The position numbers were made by a program, and so were the translations under genes. From assembly GCA_963704905.1 (NCBI GenBank), contig CAVPHZ010000002.1:75011-139010 (forward strand): a stretch of DNA of 64,000 bases. The letters run 5' to 3'. Below, one piece after another: positions 28,658 to 38,484 of this stretch (positions within the stretch are counted from its first letter, which is position 1; each line of letters starts with the position of its first letter). This DNA is from Candidatus Chisholmbacteria bacterium (GTDB lineage: Bacteria; Patescibacteriota; Microgenomatia; UBA1400; Chisholmbacteraceae). The notes beneath the pieces were generated by a model. That model was not told the DNA's origin and did no database searches. It saw only the letters and a program-made list of their open reading frames with translations.

Positions 28658-30654
28658 AAAAAAAGGAAAATAACACCAAAGATCAAGAAATAAACAAGAT
28701 TTCACTATCCGATGATTTGAACCATGACAATTCAGTAGAAATACCTAAACAAGATAGTGAAGAATCCAAACAAGTCATGCCTGAGCATAATCCGAAAAGT
28801 ACACATAGAGGGAAAATAGTAAAGAAAGTAGGAGTTATTCTCCTTATCCTACTTCTTCTGTTTATCGGGTTGGGAATATTTGCATATGTACAGGTTAAAG
28901 CGGTAATGAGCTCTGCGCATTCTACTCTAGATTCTGCCCAGGCTGTCTATGATGCCGGAAAAAACCAAGATCTAATTACTGCAAACAGCAGCCTTGAAGA
29001 AGTGAAAGTCAAACTCTCCCAGACACAAGGCAAATTCAAGGCAATGAGCTGGATAGGGTTCGTACCCGTCGCCGGACGCTATTGGCATGATGGAGACCAT
29101 GCATTGACTGCCGCTCAAGCAGGGGTTGAAGCAGCAGACATTTTCGTCGATGCTGTCGAACCCTACGCAGACGTTCTCGGATTTTCTGGGCAAGGAAGCT
29201 TTATGGGAGGAACAGCTGAGGATCGAATTGTCAAAGTTGTCGAAACGCTCGATAAAGTTACACCTCAACTTGACGAGGTTGGCAAGCGACTTGAAACAGT
29301 CACTCAGCAGCTGGATCAGATCGATCCAGAGCGTTATCAATTTACTTATCAAGGAAGACAGGTTGATGAGACGATCTCACAAGCACAAGAGGTAGCCCAT
29401 GGGGTGTTATTTGCCGTCACCACCGCCAAACCAGCATTTGAACAATTACCGAAAATGATGGGTGTTGAAGAGGAGCGAAAATACATGGTGATGTTTCAAA
29501 ACGACGCAGAATTGAGAGCAACCGGCGGATTCATGACCGCCTATGCCATCCTCCGCGTAGAGAAGGGGAAAGTGTTTCAAGAGAAGAGTGAAGATATCTA
29601 TACACTGGATAATAAATTTAATTCTTCTGTACCAGCTCCTGAGATCATTCGGAAATACTTACCGCTTGTGTATCGACAATATCTCAGGGATATCAACCTC
29701 TCCCCGGACTTTAAAATTTCAATGGATGCATTTTCTTTCTACTATAATGATTTGCCGGGTGAGCCGGATATCAATGGCATTATTGCTGTAGATACTCAAG
29801 TACTTCGGGACATTATTGAAGTGTTGGGACCGATTGAGGTTCCAGGCTATGGAACCTTTAGCGCTGAAATTGATGACCGGTGCGACTGCCCACAAGTTAT
29901 CTATGAATTAGAGCTTCTCGCCGATCGTCCTACTGCGACACTTCGAGAAAATAGAAAGGGTGTCTTAGCACCAATGTTTCAATCGATTCTATTTAAAGCC
30001 TATGGTTCACCAAAACAGCAGTGGCCAGATCTCTTAGAAGCAGTTATAAGTAATATCAATGAGAAGCATGTTCTCTTCTACATGTATGATGCTCAGCAGC
30101 AGGAAGCGGCAGAAAAGATCAACATCGCTGGAAGAATACGAAATTTTGATGGAGATTATTTCCACCTTAATGACACAAACTTTGCGGGGGCCAAATCAAA
30201 CATGTTCACAGATAACGAAGTTGAACACGTTTATGAAGTCCAGGATGATGGATCACTTGTCAAAACAGTCACTATAAAATATCAAAATCCTTTTCCACCT
30301 AGTAACTGCAATCTTGAAGCAGGAGAGCTCTGCTTAAATGGAACATTAAGAAATGTAGCCAGAGTATATGTACCAGAGGGAAGCGAATTGATAGAAGCAC
30401 TTGGATCAGAATTAGAAGTTGAGACCAAGGACGAACTTGGAAAGACTATGTTCGAGGCATTTTTTACTCTACAACCTGAAAGTCAAGCAAAACTTGTATT
30501 AAAGTACAAGCTCCCCATGAAAGCCGAGGATGAATTGAAGCTACTCATTCAGAAGCAACCTGGAAAACGCAATCCAAAACATACAATAGACACTTCCAAA
30601 TCCACACAGGTCTACGAACTCCTTTCCGATAAGGAAATAACAGTCGATCTCTAA
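28651..30654 (+). CDS. DUF4012 domain membrane-anchored protein
   Basis: 667 aa with an N-terminal TM anchor and a large extracytoplasmic domain carrying FQNDAELRATGGFMTAYAI, matching the DUF4012 'N.AElR.tGG' motif. It follows a priming sugar transferase, a pairing I recall as typical. Confidence 0.55.
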   Translation: MVKKKENNTKDQEINKISLSDDLNHDNSVEIPKQDSEESKQVMPEHNPKSTHRGKIVKKVGVILLILLLLFIGLGIFAYVQVKAVMSSAHSTLDSAQAVYDAGKNQDLITANSSLEEVKVKLSQTQGKFKAMSWIGFVPVAGRYWHDGDHALTAAQAGVEAADIFVDAVEPYADVLGFSGQGSFMGGTAEDRIVKVVETLDKVTPQLDEVGKRLETVTQQLDQIDPERYQFTYQGRQVDETISQAQEVAHGVLFAVTTAKPAFEQLPKMMGVEEERKYMVMFQNDAELRATGGFMTAYAILRVEKGKVFQEKSEDIYTLDNKFNSSVPAPEIIRKYLPLVYRQYLRDINLSPDFKISMDAFSFYYNDLPGEPDINGIIAVDTQVLRDIIEVLGPIEVPGYGTFSAEIDDRCDCPQVIYELELLADRPTATLRENRKGVLAPMFQSILFKAYGSPKQQWPDLLEAVISNINEKHVLFYMYDAQQQEAAEKINIAGRIRNFDGDYFHLNDTNFAGAKSNMFTDNEVEHVYEVQDDGSLVKTVTIKYQNPFPPSNCNLEAGELCLNGTLRNVARVYVPEGSELIEALGSELEVETKDELGKTMFEAFFTLQPESQAKLVLKYKLPMKAEDELKLLIQKQPGKRNPKHTIDTSKSTQVYELLSDKEITVDL

Positions 30655-30705
30655 GCAATCAAAAATCTAAACGATCACTGCCGAAGTGATACACTAGTAT
30701 CTCCT

Positions 30706-31251
30706 ATGCGCATTCGAACGTTCACTACAGAAGCAATCATTATCAATCGTTATAATTTTGCCGAAGCTGATCGACTACTTACCATTTTTAGTAAGGACTA
30801 TGGCAAAATTCGATGTATAGCCAAAGGTGTCAGACGTCCAACTTCAAGAAAATCCGGACATGTCGAGCTCTTTGACCGCACGAAACTCTATATTGCACGA
30901 GGAAAAAACATCGATATTATTACCCAAGCGCAGGTTCTTGAGCGTTTCACAACACTACATACATCTCTTAAAGCAGCCAAGGCAGCCTTTCATATCATTG
31001 AGCTCATCAATCTTCTATTTGCTGAAAAACAGGAAAGTCCAGGCATCTTTGAGGACGTCATCGAGACCCTCCGTGTAATTGATAGTCAGCAACATGCGAC
31101 CAGCGGACAAATTGCTAAACTTGAGGAGAAGATCCTTGCGGAACTCGGATTTGGCACTCCGCAACAAGCCTCTAAGGAAACTCTCCACCAACATATTGAA
31201 GAGATCGTAGAACAAAAATTAAAAACAGTTGAAATATTTAAAGATATCTAG
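30706..31251 (+). CDS. recO: DNA repair protein RecO (short form)
   Basis: N-terminal OB-fold pattern (EAIIINRYNFAEADRLLTIFSKDYGKIRCIAKGVRRPTSRKSG...FDRTKLYI) matches RecO, but the protein is only 181 aa. Confidence 0.6.
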   Translation: MRIRTFTTEAIIINRYNFAEADRLLTIFSKDYGKIRCIAKGVRRPTSRKSGHVELFDRTKLYIARGKNIDIITQAQVLERFTTLHTSLKAAKAAFHIIELINLLFAEKQESPGIFEDVIETLRVIDSQQHATSGQIAKLEEKILAELGFGTPQQASKETLHQHIEEIVEQKLKTVEIFKDI

Positions 31252-31285
31252 TGCTCAATTTCCCTCAATTTGGTAGGATATCGCT

Positions 31286-32641
31286 ATGGCAAATACGCTA
31301 GACAAGGTTATTTCACTCGCCAAACGAAGAGGTTTTGTATTTCCTGGATCTGAAATATATGGCGGACTAGCTAACACCTACGACTATGGACCGCTTGGAT
31401 CCCAGATGCTAAAAAACCTACGCGATTGGTGGTGGGAGCGATTTGTCGAAAGTCGAGCCAACGTCTTTCCTCTTGAAACCAGCATCATCATGAGTCCGCG
31501 AGTTTGGGAGGCTGCCGGTCACACAGAAAGTTTTACCGACGCACTCATCGATTGTCGAGCTTGTCATACACGAACTCGGGCCGATCATCTGATTGAAAGC
31601 AAGCTTAAAAATGTCAAGGTTGAAGGTAAGAGTGTACACGAGCTTGATGAGCTTATCAAAAACACCAACTAAAGTGCCCCAACTGCGGTAACTTTAATTG
31701 GACAAAAGCCCGAGAGTTTAATCTACTTTTTGAGACTAACATTGGCATCGTTCCTGAAAATCAATCGCGAGCTTACTTACGCGGCGAGACAGCTCAGGGG
31801 ATGTTCGTCGACTTCAAGCAAGTCCTAGACAGCATGCGACCCACCTTGCCATTCGGTATCGCTCAATCAGGCAAAGCCTTTCGTAATGAAATTACCAAGG
31901 GCAAGTTCACCTTCCGAACGTTGGAGTTTGATCTGGCTGAATTTGAGTATTTTGTTCGGGAAAATGAATGGGAAAAATGGTTCGAGTATTGGAAGAAAGA
32001 AGTTGAAGCCTGGGCAAAAGATCTTGGGGTAAAACAGGAAAAATTCCGTTGGCGACCTCACACTAAAGATGAACTTAGCCATTATTCAAAACACACCGAA
32101 GATCTAGAATATAAATATCCTTTTGGTTTTAAGGAATGGTTTGCGGTTGCCTACAGAACCGACTTTGACCTCAAAAATCACGCCCAACAATCCGGACAAG
32201 ATCTGCACTTCACCGATCATCACACTGGAGATAAATTTATTCCCCATGTCATTGAACCAACCTTTGGTTTAAGTCGAAGCATGGTCACCTTTCTCATCGA
32301 TGCCTATCACGAAGAAAAAGACAGAGTTGTTCTCAGGCTCCATCCCCGCATCGCACCAATTAAAGTCGCTGTCTTTCCGCTCTTAAAGAATAAAGAGAAG
32401 CTCGTCAAAAAAGCACAAACTGTTTCATCAATTGTCTAGTCACCTTCCAACAGCTTGGGACGATCGAGGAAATATCGGTAAACGCTATTTCAGCCAGGAT
32501 GAAATTGGCACTCCTTGGTGTGTGACTGTTGACTTTGACACGCTCAAAAATAACTCTGTTACAGTTCGAGATCGAGATTCAACGAAGCAGAACAGGATTA
32601 AAATCAGCAAATTGGAGGATTATTTTAATGAAAAACTCTAA
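31286..32641 (+). CDS. glyQS: Glycine--tRNA ligase (alpha2-type GlyRS) interrupted by two frameshifts (possible pseudogene or assembly error)
   Basis: GlyRS homology continues across three ORF-track pieces in frames 2, 1 and 2: GFVFPGSEIYGGLANTYDYGPLG... / ...CPNCGN...RGETAQGMFVDFK... / ...DDRGNIGKRY..DEIGTPWCVTVDF. The first shift is in the A5 run at 31658-31662; one extra A restores ..IKKHQLKCPNCG. The second shift is near 32425-32440. Confidence 0.8.
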
Positions 32642-33392
32642 ACTCATCATTGTCATCCTCTCAGTCATAGTTCTACTTGTGGGGGCCGTGATGGGTGTTA
32701 AATTTCTGAGAGGAAACTCATCAGAGTCACAAACTGAACAGTTAAACAAAAAAATAGAGCCTGTAAATCAGATTCCAGTCACTGAACGGCCATTTGCACA
32801 AATACTACCTCGCAGCGATGGCAGAGAAGTAACTATTATTGTCGATCAATACCAAACTTCCAGCGAAGTGGAATATGAACTCGAATATCAAGCAGGTACT
32901 TTACTTCAAGGAGCTTTTGGAACAATTGATTTCACTACAGAGAACCCGCCAGTAAAAAGAAACATCTTCTTGGGTCATGTAGTGCAGGCGGAAAATGCAG
33001 TTATCACGAAGATGTGAATGGAGGTTCCTTGGTACTTCGATACAAGAGCTCAACGACTACAAAGCTTAAAGGTGAGTGGAATTTTCAAACAATGAAGAAC
33101 AAAAAGGTCGTTTTTCATCTCGAGATGCAAAATTCACCTTTAATGTCGGAGAAAAAGGACTTCCATCATCAACCTTTGCAGTTGTGGCTCAGACAATGGG
33201 TCCGCCAGGTGTAGTCGATGGAGAAATTATTGCTGGACCATATCTTGTCAGTTTTCCCGATGGTGTAAGTCCAACGGGGAAAGAATTGCAGTTACGCTAC
33301 GTTTAAATGAATTAAATGCTGATGCAGTATTGCTCGGATGGTCTGAAGATGGTTGGGTGGAGTATGAGAGTGAAGTAACGACCAAATCTTAA
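32628..33392 (+). CDS. Hypothetical secreted/membrane-anchored protein, apparently frameshifted about 3 times
   Basis: A GGAGGA ribosome-binding site precedes the ATG at 32628, followed by a signal-anchor. Protein-like sequence continues through frames 3, 2, 1 and 3 (ORF-track pieces 32529.., 33014.., 33076.., then 33309-33392). Homopolymer runs sit near the junctions. Confidence 0.3.
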
Positions 33393-33495
33393 GCGCCACG
33401 GTGAACAAAGTAACGACCTTTGTAGCAGTGAGTAGTGTTCAATAGTCTCTTCAATCTTTTTCAGCGAAATACAAAAAAATACTGAAAACTAGCCC

Positions 33496-33567
33496 TTGAC
33501 AAACGGGATCAAAATAATCTTCAATGGTAATAGTGGTGAAAAGTGGTGAATAAACCTATATAAATAG
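33496..33567 (+). promoter_or_regulatory. Candidate dcw-cluster promoter with MraZ-box direct repeats
   Basis: TTGACA at 33496-33501. Three 10-bp-phased repeats caATGGTAAt / AGTGGTGAAa / AGTGGTGAAt lie at 33521-33550, with TATATAAAT at 33556-33564. GTGG(T/G) repeats with 10-bp spacing are the known MraZ operator arrangement. The site is about 40 bp upstream of the mraZ remnant. Confidence 0.45.
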
Positions 33568-33605
33568 TAGAACACATATCTCCTGCCCAGATTGGTAGGC
33601 AATAG

Positions 33606-34015
33606 TGTTCATAGGAATTTATTATCACACATTAGAATCAAAGGGCAGATTGGCAATTCCCGCCAAGTTTCGGACACAAATTGACAAAGGGAGTGTTGTA
33701 ACAAGGGGCCTTGATGGATGTCTTTTCCTCTTCCCTGCCAAGAATGGGAAAGACTCATACAAAAGCTCCATCATAGCCCCTTGACACAAAAGGACGCTCG
33801 AGAATTTGTTCGGTTCATGACTCATCATGCTGCGGAAGTTCAATTTGACAAGTCAGGGCAGAACCAAGATACCATAACATCTTCAAGAATTTGCAGGCTT
33901 GACAAAAGAAGTGGTCATAGCCGGAACATGACAAGAGTTGAAATTTGGGATAAGCGGATTTACCAACTATAGAGACGAATTGGAAAAGACTGGGGAGAAG
34001 TTAGCCGACGTATGA
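33606..34015 (+). pseudogene. mraZ: mraZ pseudogene (transcriptional regulator MraZ, multiple frameshifts plus an in-frame TAA)
   Basis: MraZ homology runs through frame 3 (MFIGIYYHTLESKGRLAIPAKFR...GCLFLFPAK), frame 1 (EWERLIQKL...AAEVQFDKSGQ), frame 2 (QGRTKIP-TAA-HLQEFAGLTKEVVIAG), frame 1 (NMTRVEIWDK) and frame 2 (YRDELEKTGEKLADV*). The TAA at 33875-33877 sits in frame between two conserved segments. Confidence 0.75.
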
Positions 34016-34098
34016 CCTGAATTAGGAATTTAATCTTGAAGAAACACATCTTGGTGGGATTAATATAATCTATTAAACGGACAGAGAAAGGAGCTAAC

Positions 34099-34269
34099 AT
34101 GGCGATGTTCAACGGTGACGAGATGCGCCGCCGGCTTGAAGAAAACCTTCGCCGCTTGAACTTCAAGCTCAAATTCAAGCGCAATCGCAGGAAGTTCAAG
34201 AACCACTCCAAGCTCAACCAATGGTCAGCAGCAATAAAATCAGATATCACGCACCTGTGTTGACTGAAG
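34099..34269 (+). CDS. Putative small basic protein (56 aa) in a locally GC-rich palindrome-containing island
   Basis: An AAGGAG ribosome-binding site lies 7 nt upstream of the ATG. Predicted product: MAMFNGDEMRRRLEENLRRLNFKLKFKRNRRKFKNHSKLNQWSAAIKSDITHLC. Local GC is about 50% (my count) against about 37% around it. Too short to appear in the supplied ORF track. Confidence 0.2.
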
Positions 34270-35135
34270 TTATTGAGGGTTTAGGATGTCGAGCTGGGAG
34301 AAGATATATAGACGCGACGGTTGGTGATGGAGGACACTCAAAAGAAATCATACTGAGGGGAGGAAGTGCTTGGAATTGATAGGGAGTAGATCAGATAAAG
34401 AGCCAAAAAACGACTTAGAAGAGTTGTCGAACAGGTTGGTAAAACAAACTTGATCAAACATTTAAAAACCCGAAACTGGTACACGGAAACTTTACCGATA
34501 TAAAACAAATTGCTCAAAAGCATGACTTTTTCACGCCAACTGGCATCCTGTTTGATCTCGGTGTATCATCTTATCAGCTTGACATCGATAACGGGTTTAA
34601 GTTTTCAAAGAAATCACGATCTCGACATGCGTCTGGATAAACAGACAAACTTACAGCAAAAAAATTATCAATTCTTATTCAGAGGAGGAGATTATATGAA
34701 CTTTTTACTCGAAATGCTCAGGAAAAGTTGGCTAGGCCAATTAGTAAAGCTATTGTCAATGCCCGTCGTCTGATGAAAATAAATACAACCAATCATCTTG
34801 CGAGAATCGTAGCCTCAGTTGCACTGCGAAAAAACTCAAAACTCCATCCAGCAACAAAAGTATTTCTCGCCTTGAGAATAGAAGTTAATCATGAAATTGA
34901 GAATCTTAAGCTCGGAATTGAAAACGCAATAAAGTTACTCAAACCAAATGGGAGACTCGCAGTCATAAGTTTCCATGAAACAGAGGACAGACTCGTAAAA
35001 CAATTAGTACGGAAAGCAAACAGAAGCGGACAGCTCAAAATAATCACAAAAAAACCACTAACATCATCGAGAAGTGAGAGAGAGGTAAATCCAAGAAGTA
35101 GAAGTGCAAAATTACGCATCGCCGAGAAAATATGA
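34221..35135 (+). pseudogene. rsmH: rsmH (16S rRNA m4C1402 methyltransferase) pseudogene: N-terminal two-thirds disrupted by about 5 frameshifts, C-terminal 135 codons intact
   Basis: RsmH-homologous segments occur in order but in alternating frames: MVSSNKIRYHAPVLLTEVIEG...YIDATVGDGGHS (f3), VLGIDRE (f1), SDKEPKNDLEELSNRL (f2), KLVHGNFTDI...GILFDLGVSSYQLD (f3), LDMRLD (f1), then LTAKK...ARPISKAIVNARR...FHETEDRLVK...RSAKLRIAEK (f3, the intact ORF 34728-35135). Confidence 0.75.
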
Positions 35136-35437
35136 CAGACCAGCATTCAAACCGATCACAAAAAAGGCTCATCTCATTTATGCTATTGTTTGTTGTTTTG
35201 CTGATTACAGCAAATCTTGTCGTCAGCAATACTCTTGCCACCACCGGTGAGCAGCTACGAAGTCTCCATACTAGGAGATCGAATCTCGAAAACCAAAACG
35301 ATCAACTCAAACAGCTCATTGTGAAGTACAGTACACTTGAAACAGTAGAAGAAAGAGCCTTTGAGTTAGGCATGGGAAAAGTAGAAGTGACGCGTAATCT
35401 CCAGCTTAACACCCCTGTAGCAATGAAACAATTATGA
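35132..35437 (+). CDS. ftsL: Cell division protein FtsL-like
   Basis: 101 aa with a single TM (LISFMLLFVVLLITANLVV) followed by a coiled-coil region (EQLRSLHTRRSNLENQNDQLKQLIVKY). It sits between rsmH and ftsI. Confidence 0.6.
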   Translation: MTDQHSNRSQKRLISFMLLFVVLLITANLVVSNTLATTGEQLRSLHTRRSNLENQNDQLKQLIVKYSTLETVEERAFELGMGKVEVTRNLQLNTPVAMKQL

Positions 35438-37177
35438 CTCTGAAGAGGTTAAACCTAACGGTCGGCATCTTCCTTGTTTTTGTTGGATTGATTATTGCCA
35501 GATTATTTTATTGGCAAGTCATCAGTGCTGAGGAATTAGCAGCAATTGGAGAAAGCCAGCATATCAGCAAGGTCGAAATACCCTCCAAACGTGGAGAGAT
35601 TCGAACAGCTGATGGTTTTCCTCTAGCCGCCAACCAGGAAACCTTTCTCATATTCGCATATTTACCACAACTTGAACAGTCCTCATCTGAGATCGTTGAT
35701 CAACTCATTCCAATTATTGGAAATAAAATCATTGAAAAAGATGCAACTTCCTCTGCCGAGAAAAGAGCAGTACTGAACCTGAAAGCAAGAGAAGTGCTCA
35801 AAGAAAAACTAGATAAAGACAGCGTGTCTTGGGTACCGCTTGTAAATAATGCTGATATCACTGAGAAAAAAGCAGTCGAAGCGCTTGATATTAGTGGAAT
35901 AGGTATTGAGCCATCATTTACCCGCGATTACCCAGAAGCGTCTATGGCAGCAAATATCTTGGGGTTTGTAGGGCGCGACACAGCCGGGAATCCTAAGGGG
36001 TACTTTGGGCTTGAAGGGTATTATGATCTTGAGCTCAGGGGGAGATCAGGGATGCTTCGGCAAGAAAAAGACGCTACGGGAAAACCAATTCTCATCGGAC
36101 GATACAATGAGCTCGAAGTCAAAGAAGGAAGGCATTTAGTTCTACACATTGATCGGGCGATACAGAAAAACGTAGAGGAAAAACTCAACAGATGGGCTGA
36201 GAAAATACGGAGCAAAGAGTGGCGAAGTAGTCATTATGGAGCCCAAAACTGGAAAGGTAACCGCAATAGCCTCATTACCAGGATATCATCCAGAGAGTTT
36301 CAGCGATTATGATCCATCGCTGTATAAAAATCCAGTGATATCTGAGTCGTACGAGCCTGGTTCTACGTTTAAAGTTTTAACCATGTCAGCGGCACTTGAC
36401 TCCGGAGCAGTAAATGTTGAAACCGAGTGCACGATCTGTGCCGGTCCGGTCAATATTGGTGCGTATACAATACGGACTTGGAACGATGAATACCATCCCA
36501 GTGCAACGATGAAAGAAGTTATTCAGTACTCCGATAACGTCGGGATGGTATTTGTTTCAAGGCAACTTGGAAAAGAAAAACTCTATGAGTATCTAACGAA
36601 TTTTGGAATCGGAAAAAAAACAGGTATAGACCTTGAAGAAGAATCAACCACCCCTATCCGAGATCTTGATGACTGGAAAGAAATCGATCTCGCTACAGCC
36701 TCATTTGGCCAAGGAGTGGCCGTTACGGGAATCCAAATGACTAGAGCAGTCGCGGCAATTGCAAATGATGGTCTTTTACCAACCCCTCAGATAGTTGACC
36801 AAGTGATAGGAGAAAATCGCTTAGATGTTAATCCACATGAACTAAAACGGGTGTTAAAAAAAACCACCGCAAGAGCAATGACGGATCTTATGGTAAACGC
36901 GGTAGACAACGGAGAATCAAAGTGGGCAAAGCCGAAAGGATTTAAAATTGCTGGAAAAACTGGAACAGCTCAAATTCCAGTTGCTGGTCATTATGATACT
37001 GATAAAACCATAGCCAGCTTCATTGGCTTTGCTCCGGCGGACAATCCAAAATTTGTGATGTTGGTAAAGCTTAGGGAGCCAGAGACTTCGCCTTGGGGCT
37101 CAGAGACAGCGGCCCCTCTTTGGTTTTCTATTGCGCAAGACTTATTTTATTACTATGGCATTCAACCTGAGGAATAA
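35434..37177 (+). CDS. ftsI: Peptidoglycan D,D-transpeptidase FtsI / PBP2-type (class B PBP), carrying one homopolymer frameshift
   Basis: N-terminal TM plus PBP dimerisation domain, then the transpeptidase STFK (..EPGSTFKVLT), SDN (YSDNVG) and KTG (KTGTAQ) motifs. The two ORF-track pieces (35434-36312, 36236-37177) join if the A4 run at 36202-36205 is A3, giving AEKYGAKSGEVVIMEPKTG. Confidence 0.8.
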
Positions 37178-37191
37178 ATCATTCTTCTCGA

Positions 37192-38484
37192 GTGAGGTAT
37201 AATTCACTCATGTCCGAGTCTCAATACAATCTAAGAAGTTCTCCGCTGGGAGAAGGAGTTCGAAGTCTCATCCCCAATGAAGTCGTGAACACTCTCTGGC
37301 ATCTTCCCCGGGCAATACTCGCCAATCTTCAATTCGGATTTCCTTCAAATAAATTAATAGTAATTGGGGTAACCGGTACCAAAGGAAAAACTTCAACTGC
37401 TCATTTGATCTATCACATATTAAGTAAATCCAAGAAGAAAGTTGCGCTCATCTCAACCGTAAGTGCTATGATCAATGGTCAAGAGATAGATACTGGTCTC
37501 CATGTTACAAATCCCAACCCCTACAAACTTCAAACATTGCTTAAGAAGATGGTTGATGAAGACGTTGAAATAGTAGTGTTGGAAGTTACAAGTCACGGTC
37601 TTGCTCAACATAGAAATTGGGGTATTCGATTTGAACTTGGTATCATCACCAATATCCAAGCTGACCATATTCAATATCACGGCGGGATTGATAAATATCG
37701 GTTGGCAAAAGCCAAACTTATCAGCCAGTCGTCCAAAGTGTTTCTCAACGCCGATGACCCGCAAAGAGAGTTCTTGACTTTGTTTGCCAAAAAGCACAAT
37801 GTACCGGTCATTCTCTACTCAGGAAATATCGATGATTTCCAGTCTCAAAACCAGCAAGCCGCAATTAAAGTTTCACAAGAATTTGGGGTTACAGAGAACA
37901 AAGCCAAGTCTTTACTCAGCACTTTTCCAGGAATTCCCGGAAGAATGGAAACAATTCAAGACACTCCTCTAATGGTCGTCATTGACTTTGCTCATACTCC
38001 CGATAGTCTTAAGGCCGCACTGCTCACTCTTCGGCGAAAAGTAGATAAGGGTAGCAGACTCATCGCGGTTTTTGGCTGTGCAGGACAACGAGATCCTGGA
38101 AGAAGAATGATGGGGGCTGTTGCAGCGAAGTATGCTGACCTGTTTATCATTACTGCTGAAGATCCGCGTACAGAGAGAGTTGAAAAAATAAGCAGCGACA
38201 TTGCCAAGCATGCGGTAAACGAAGGTGCGATCGAGATATCTCAAGAGAAGTTTCATTCCTATGAACGAAAGCAGAATAAGAGTTCAGCAATCTTTACCAG
38301 GATTCCTGATAGAAAAAAAGCTATAGCCAAAGCCATCCACATAGCCAGGCCTGGAGATGTGGTAGGATTATTTGGAAAAGGACATGAAAAGAGTATGTGC
38401 TTTGGCAAAACAGAATATCCGTGGTCAGAACACGAAGTTGTTCATCAGGCACTGAACATAACCAAAAGAAAGGAAGAGAAATGA
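37192..38484 (+). CDS. murE: UDP-N-acetylmuramoyl-L-alanyl-D-glutamate--2,6-diaminopimelate (or L-Lys) ligase MurE
   Basis: GVTGTKGKTST P-loop, VIDFAHTPDSLKAAL, ITAEDPRTE (a DNPR-like motif) and GKGHEKSMCFGKTEYPWSEHEVV, the MurE C-terminal signature. Confidence 0.8.
   Translation: MRYNSLMSESQYNLRSSPLGEGVRSLIPNEVVNTLWHLPRAILANLQFGFPSNKLIVIGVTGTKGKTSTAHLIYHILSKSKKKVALISTVSAMINGQEIDTGLHVTNPNPYKLQTLLKKMVDEDVEIVVLEVTSHGLAQHRNWGIRFELGIITNIQADHIQYHGGIDKYRLAKAKLISQSSKVFLNADDPQREFLTLFAKKHNVPVILYSGNIDDFQSQNQQAAIKVSQEFGVTENKAKSLLSTFPGIPGRMETIQDTPLMVVIDFAHTPDSLKAALLTLRRKVDKGSRLIAVFGCAGQRDPGRRMMGAVAAKYADLFIITAEDPRTERVEKISSDIAKHAVNEGAIEISQEKFHSYERKQNKSSAIFTRIPDRKKAIAKAIHIARPGDVVGLFGKGHEKSMCFGKTEYPWSEHEVVHQALNITKRKEEK

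Noticed and set aside
31658-32440. Programmed ribosomal frameshifting in glyS
   Set aside because: There is no slippery heptamer plus stimulatory structure. Two separate shifts are needed, and the neighbouring genes carry similar lesions, so decay or sequence error is more parsimonious.
33960-34250. 96-aa minus-strand ORF across the mraZ/rsmH junction
   Set aside because: Low-complexity product antisense to recognisable mraZ/rsmH remnants; most likely a spurious ORF created by the GC-rich palindromic island.
33875-34400. Possible stop-codon reassignment (in-frame TAA in mraZ, apparent TAG/TAA in rsmH)
   Set aside because: TGA, TAA and TAG all terminate well-conserved genes elsewhere in the window. 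The rsmH 'stops' disappear once the frame-hopping path is followed. Only one in-frame TAA remains, in mraZ, which is better explained as a nonsense mutation.
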